Assembly: GCA_025060015.1 (NCBI GenBank)
Contig: JANXDB010000066.1
Coordinates: forward strand, 8,635-72,634
Reading direction: 5' to 3'
Origin: Caldimicrobium sp.
GTDB taxonomy: Bacteria > Desulfobacterota > Thermodesulfobacteria > Thermodesulfobacteriales > Thermodesulfobacteriaceae
Length of the DNA stretch: 64,000 nt
Shown: positions 60,369-64,000 of the stretch, one piece after another
Layout of the letters: the number at the start of each line of letters is the position of its first letter
How positions within the stretch are numbered: the first letter of the stretch is position 1
Notes under the pieces: model-generated
The model's database searches: none
What the model saw: only the letters and a program-made list of their open reading frames with translations
Told to the model about the DNA's origin: nothing
Made by a program: the position numbers and the translations under genes

Positions 60369-61676
60369 TTACTCAGTGATGGTGTATTTGTCGCCTACAA
60401 ATTCCACATTTGCCATGAGCACCTTTACATTTTCAAAGCCGAGATTTTTGAGAGCATTGTACCCCATTTCTGCCCTCACACCTGTTGCACAGTGCACATA
60501 TATGGGTTTGTCCTTGGGCAGCGTGTGGGCTTTCTGAGGTATATCGTCAACAGAGATATTTATGGCTCCCTTAAAATGACCTCTCTTGAATTCCTCTGGA
60601 GTTCTTACATCAACTATAACAGCAGATCCATCTTTAAGAGCCTTTTCAAAATCAGCTATGCTAACCTCAAAGGGTCTATAGGTTCTGACATAATGAATCT
60701 GTGTAGGAATAGGACCCTTCTTTACCTCTAAACCCTTAGCAGCCCATTCCTGTAAACCACCTGAATAGACTGTGACATTTGGATAGCCAAAGTCTTTTAT
60801 GATCTTAACTGCCTCAGCTAAATCCTCCTTTTTATCAGAGTAAATCACAATAGGAGCCTTGGTGTATGTGGGAAACTTTTCTTCAGCCTTAGACAGATCT
60901 TTCATAGGAATATTCACAGCTTTGGGAATATATCCTGTTTTAGCAATGGTTTGAGGATCTCTCAAATCGATTAGCACGATGTTTTCCTTCTGAATGTAGT
61001 CTGCTGTAGATTCTGTGTAGTATCCGGCCTTTTTCCATCCGGGCTCACCATCCATGTAAACTTTTACATTTTTAAAGCCCCATTTGACGGCAAGTCCTGC
61101 CGCCTTAGGACTCATAGTTCAGGTGGGCCCTCCACAATAGAAAATGACCAACTTGTCTTTGGCTATGTTTGCCAGTGTTTTTTCTCCCTCTTTTTCCATT
61201 ACAGTTACAGGGATGCTAATTGCCGTAGGTATATATGAGGCATGATATCTTGGCGCAGGCCTTGAATCAATTAAAACATAGGTTCCAGGGGATTCAAAAA
61301 CGAGCTTGGCCAATTCGGAGGTTTTGATCTCAGTAACTCCTTGAGGTAACTCAGCAATAGCTAATTTAATTAACTTTGCGATATTTTTACCATCAACAAC
61401 TACATACTTTACCTCTACCTCTTGACCCTGAATCTCCCTTATCTTCTTGGGATCAATGTGCTGAAAAACCGTCTTGTCATCGTATTTAATATTGATCTTT
61501 TTACCTGCATGATCCACTGTGATTGTCTGAATAGTTACCGCTACCGCAGATACCTGTCCCTTGATGGACTGCTCTTGAGCCATTGTTGATGTCACCCAAA
61601 GAGCAGACTGCAGAAGGGTCAAAATTAGAAATAATAAAAGAGCCCTCATACTTCGGAGACGAAACAGCTCCATCAT
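60369..61676 (-). CDS. Exported triple-rhodanese sulfurtransferase, predicted selenoprotein (435 aa, Sec186). Joins track ORFs 61119..61676 and 60369..61115
   Basis: TAT TGT GGA GGG CCC ACC TGA ACT ATG AGT CCT = YCGGPT-U-TMSP, in frame. Signal peptide, beta domain, rhodanese 1 (CxxxxU), rhodanese 2 (no Cys), rhodanese 3 (HCATGVRA). SECIS-like hairpin follows the UGA. Confidence 0.82.
61086..61121 (-). promoter_or_regulatory. Bacterial SECIS element candidate
   Basis: UGA + 14 nt + GGCGGCA-GGACU-UGCCGUC; the apical GCA-GGAC resembles the E. coli fdhF GCA-GGUC-UGC (recalled). Confidence 0.72.
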
Positions 61677-61718
61677 ACTCTACACCTCCATATAAATTTT
61701 ATATAAATTCTTAAAAAA

Positions 61719-61746
61719 ATATTAACAATTTTTTATAAGCTGTCAA
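61719..61746 (-). promoter_or_regulatory. sigma70-type promoter for the rhodanese gene
   Basis: TTGACA-16 nt-TAATAT in AT-rich DNA; RBS GGAGGTG. Confidence 0.5.
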
Positions 61747-61856
61747 CATTTAAATAGTTTAGATTTTTCTAAAGTAAAGGACTATTTCGATATTTTGAAA
61801 AAGTTTTTAATTTAATATTTTAATTTTTGAAGATTTTTATATTTTAAGGGATTATA

Positions 61857-61941
61857 TGCCGAGGGCGGGAGTCGAACCCGCACGGGGGCGAACCCCAGTG
61901 GATTTTGAGTCCACCGCGTCTGCCAGTTCCGCCACCTCGGC
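61857..61941 (-). tRNA. tRNA-Leu (CAA)
   Basis: GCCGAGG acceptor stem, GTGGA-CTCAAAA-TCCAC anticodon arm, variable arm, GGTTCGACTCC; CCA not encoded. Confidence 0.96.
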
Positions 61942-61981
61942 TTATTATTAGTTTAATATCAAACATCAGCTTTACAAGGGG

Positions 61982-63211
61982 TTAATACTCTAAGATCCTC
62001 TTTTCCTCATGAACCAGGAACTCCATCCCAGATTTTACATGGTATTTTACCCTGGTTATAAGTTCAACTCTTCTCACGTCCCGAGGAAAGATGGCGTAAA
62101 ATCTCTCAGTGGTAACCTCTCGTGGAGGTAGAGAAAAATCAACGAGATCCTTTACCTCAAAAGAGACAAACCTTCTATTTCCATACCAGTCAAGTCCAAT
62201 TTCAAAATACTCTTTGTCGCCTTTCCACACCACCTTTCCTTTTTCATCAAGGGCAACGAGCTCAAGTATTACCTTAGATGTCCAATAACAACCATCAGGA
62301 ATGCGATGGCCAGCGTTATTAATTAGATCTACGGTTATTACCGCAGCAGGATTTCTCTTGGTGTGATCAGTGAGAGGTGCAAAGGGCTTGTATTCTATTA
62401 CATTCCTAACCTGCACGTTAAGCCCGATCCCTTCTTTTAGCATGTCTACCACATAGGTTCCCGGAAAGGTATGCCCACGATTTTTAGCCCTCATATGACA
62501 ATCCTGACAGGAGGATTGACCACCCATAGCCACATAGTGATCTCTATAGCTTTGGGCAATGGTGCTACAAAAAATTGGCTCACCGTCGGGAGCAAGGTAT
62601 GCTCCGTGACACTGCATACAAAAATTGGAATTTCCTATGTATGGATGTCTCTTAACGGCGTGAAAAGGCGACTGACCTTTACCTTTTGTGCCATACATTA
62701 CATTAGGTTCTGGCCTCTCCGGTGGATGAAGGGCCTTCATGTTGTGGCAAATATAACAGGTAACGGTAAGCCTTTCCAATAGATTTTTTGCCTTGCTATC
62801 TTTTTTCTCATAGTAATCAATCACCGCCTGGGCCACCTCTCTCATGAATTTCTCTGAAGCCTGCTCTAGCTGTGGTGCATGACAAACGAAACACTTCATA
62901 AGCTCTGCTTTGTAGCCTCCAGGTTTCTTGGCCCGAGCACTTCTCTCAGGATCATTAGGAACGGCATTTTTTATTTAGGAATAAATTATGTCGATGGAAT
63001 GCAAAATGCTCTGAGAATGCATAGAAACTTTCCACTGCTCGTAGACATCTCCATGACAACCTGCACACACATCTGCAGGCGGATAAAGTTGCTCAAGTTC
63101 ATCAATGCTATCCACAAGCTTACCCTTTTCAATACTAACTGGCGCTGAACTTACTTGGCCAAGTAAAAGAACTATCAATAAGAGTACGATACCAAAGGTC
63201 CACTTTTGCAT
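61982..63211 (-). pseudogene. Pentaheme cytochrome c, ExtKL/MccSep-like (Cys variant), interrupted by one in-frame TAA at 62975-62977
   Basis: Track ORFs 62975..63211 and 61982..62899 are in the same frame and joined by 25 open codons. Signal peptide; CAGCH, CFVCH, CYICH, CMQCH, CQDCH; AGHRIPDGC motif. Confidence 0.72.
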
Positions 63212-63499
63212 AGGCCCTCCTGATATTAAGTTATATTATTAAATTATGTAAGGTCATTTATATTATAACCTATTTTGATCAAGAGATAAATAGATTCCTT
63301 AATTTGTCAATACAAACTAAAATTAATAGTGAGGGTTTTCTTCTCATGGGGTGCGACCACTTTTCTTTGGTTTACATCAACTGGGTGGCATGGTAGTTCA
63401 TCTGGAAACTTAGTATTGATAAACCTTTTTTAGCTTTTTTTTAAGTCTCAATCGGCAAATTTGAGTAGATTGCACCTTGACTCAGAGAATTCCAAGTAA

Positions 63500-63516
63500 C
63501 GCACCTGACAGGTGCG
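63500..63516. promoter_or_regulatory. Perfect GC-rich palindrome, candidate operator
   Basis: CGCACCTG-A-CAGGTGCG in the divergent cytochrome/iorA intergenic region. Confidence 0.35.
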
Positions 63517-63596
63517 AAAAAAGGGGATTTCCATTCTCTTTATTTTAAAATTATTTCTGTTATATTTAATAAAAATTCATTCTGAGGGGTAAGTGT

Positions 63597-64000
63597 ATGA
63601 GCAAGGTTCTAATGCTGGGAACAGATGCCCTTGCAAGGGGAGCAATAGAGGCTGGCATCTCCTACGCTGCCTCCTATCCCGGAACACCTGCTACGCAGAT
63701 CTTGGAATATGTTGCCAAAAACAGCTCTGTTCCCTGCGAATGGTCAATAAACGAAAAAGTTGCCTTTGAGGTAGCTTATGGTGTTAGTCTTACAGGTAGA
63801 AGGGTCCTTTGCTCTATGAAACATGTTGGGCTTAATGTAGCTGCTGATCCCTTTATGACTTCCGCTTATCTCGGGGTAAGGGGTGGCTTTGTCTTGGCTA
63901 TTGGTGATGATCCAGGTGCCTATTCCTCACAGAATGAACAGGATTCTCGTTTTTATGCGCGTTTTGCCAAAATTCCCTGCCTTGAACCCTACGATGGAGA
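63597..64000 (+). CDS. iorA: Indolepyruvate:ferredoxin oxidoreductase alpha subunit, N-terminal part (runs off the right edge)
   Basis: My translation: MSKVLMLGTDALARGAIEAG...SYPGTPATQI...NEKVAFEVA...MKHVGLNVAADP...DDPGAYSSQNEQDSR. Confidence 0.92.
   Translation, partial: MSKVLMLGTDALARGAIEAGISYAASYPGTPATQILEYVAKNSSVPCEWSINEKVAFEVAYGVSLTGRRVLCSMKHVGLNVAADPFMTSAYLGVRGGFVLAIGDDPGAYSSQNEQDSRFYARFAKIPCLEPYDG

Noticed and set aside
60369-61115. Independent 248-aa rhodanese gene starting at ATG 61115, as in the ORF track
   Set aside because: It would start mid-domain, the SD spacing is long (12 nt), it has no signal peptide, and the upstream UGA/SECIS explains it better. Re-initiation cannot be fully excluded.
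41962-61941. The two same-strand tRNA-Leu genes share a ~30-bp 3' sequence (CCCGTGCGGGTTCGA-S-TCCCGCCCTCGGCA), resembling attL/attR of a 20-kb island
   Set aside because: Both are complete tRNAs with different anticodons, the intervening genes are housekeeping (rgy, hslVU, panCD, leuA), and there is no integrase.
62975-62977. In-frame stop in the multiheme cytochrome read as selenocysteine or pyrrolysine
   Set aside because: The codon is TAA, not TGA or TAG, and it does not fall at the family's redox position (PDG-C/U).
277-63148. Many short antisense or out-of-frame ORFs in the track (for example 277..552, 5945..6325, 15390..15791, 20464..20889, 62471..62782)
   Set aside because: They are shadows of well-supported genes, with no RBS or motifs.
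63330-63480. More coding-like stretch in the cytochrome/iorA spacer, possibly a gene or IS remnant
   Set aside because: Only short stop-bounded frames (about 40 codons), no recognisable motif, no terminal repeats.
1-64000. CRISPR array, rRNA, transposase, prophage
   Set aside because: No regularly spaced repeats or corresponding genes were seen.

Overview
Gene-dense, AT-rich chromosomal window from a thermophilic, anaerobic sulfur-cycling bacterium. The taxon is inferred, not proven: reverse gyrase plus sat-aprBA-qmoAB, futalosine menaquinone genes and many GTG/TTG starts suggest Thermodesulfobacteriaceae (Caldimicrobium/Thermodesulfobacterium-like). Left to right: (1) a dissimilatory sulfate/APS cluster on the minus strand (sat, a 119-aa ORF, aprB, aprA, qmoA, qmoB cut by the window edge); (2) an 11-subunit complex I operon (nuoA-B-C-D-H-I-J-K-L-M-N, no nuoEFG) headed by a 4x[4Fe-4S] protein; (3) housekeeping genes (scpA-like, tpiA fused to a CoA-binding domain, pgk, ribH, ppsA, secA, bamD, trxAB, mqnBD, a MurU/AmgK-like fusion, secG, dxr, rseP, tsaB, rgy, hslVU, rimO, panCD, leuA), redox-stress genes (tpx, pfpI, wrbA, a Tat-exported superoxide-reductase-like protein) and two tRNA-Leu genes; (4) at the right end, the most interesting part, two split ORF pairs that each join in frame. 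One is a 435-aa exported triple-rhodanese protein with an in-frame UGA in a CGGPTU motif followed by an fdhF-like SECIS hairpin (predicted selenoprotein). The other, one tRNA gene upstream, is a 409-codon pentaheme ExtKL/MccSep-like cytochrome gene (Cys at the Sec position) interrupted by a single in-frame TAA. Together they suggest a periplasmic polysulfide/sulfur-handling module. I found no CRISPR array, integrase or transposase. All family assignments come from motif recognition and recall, not database searches.
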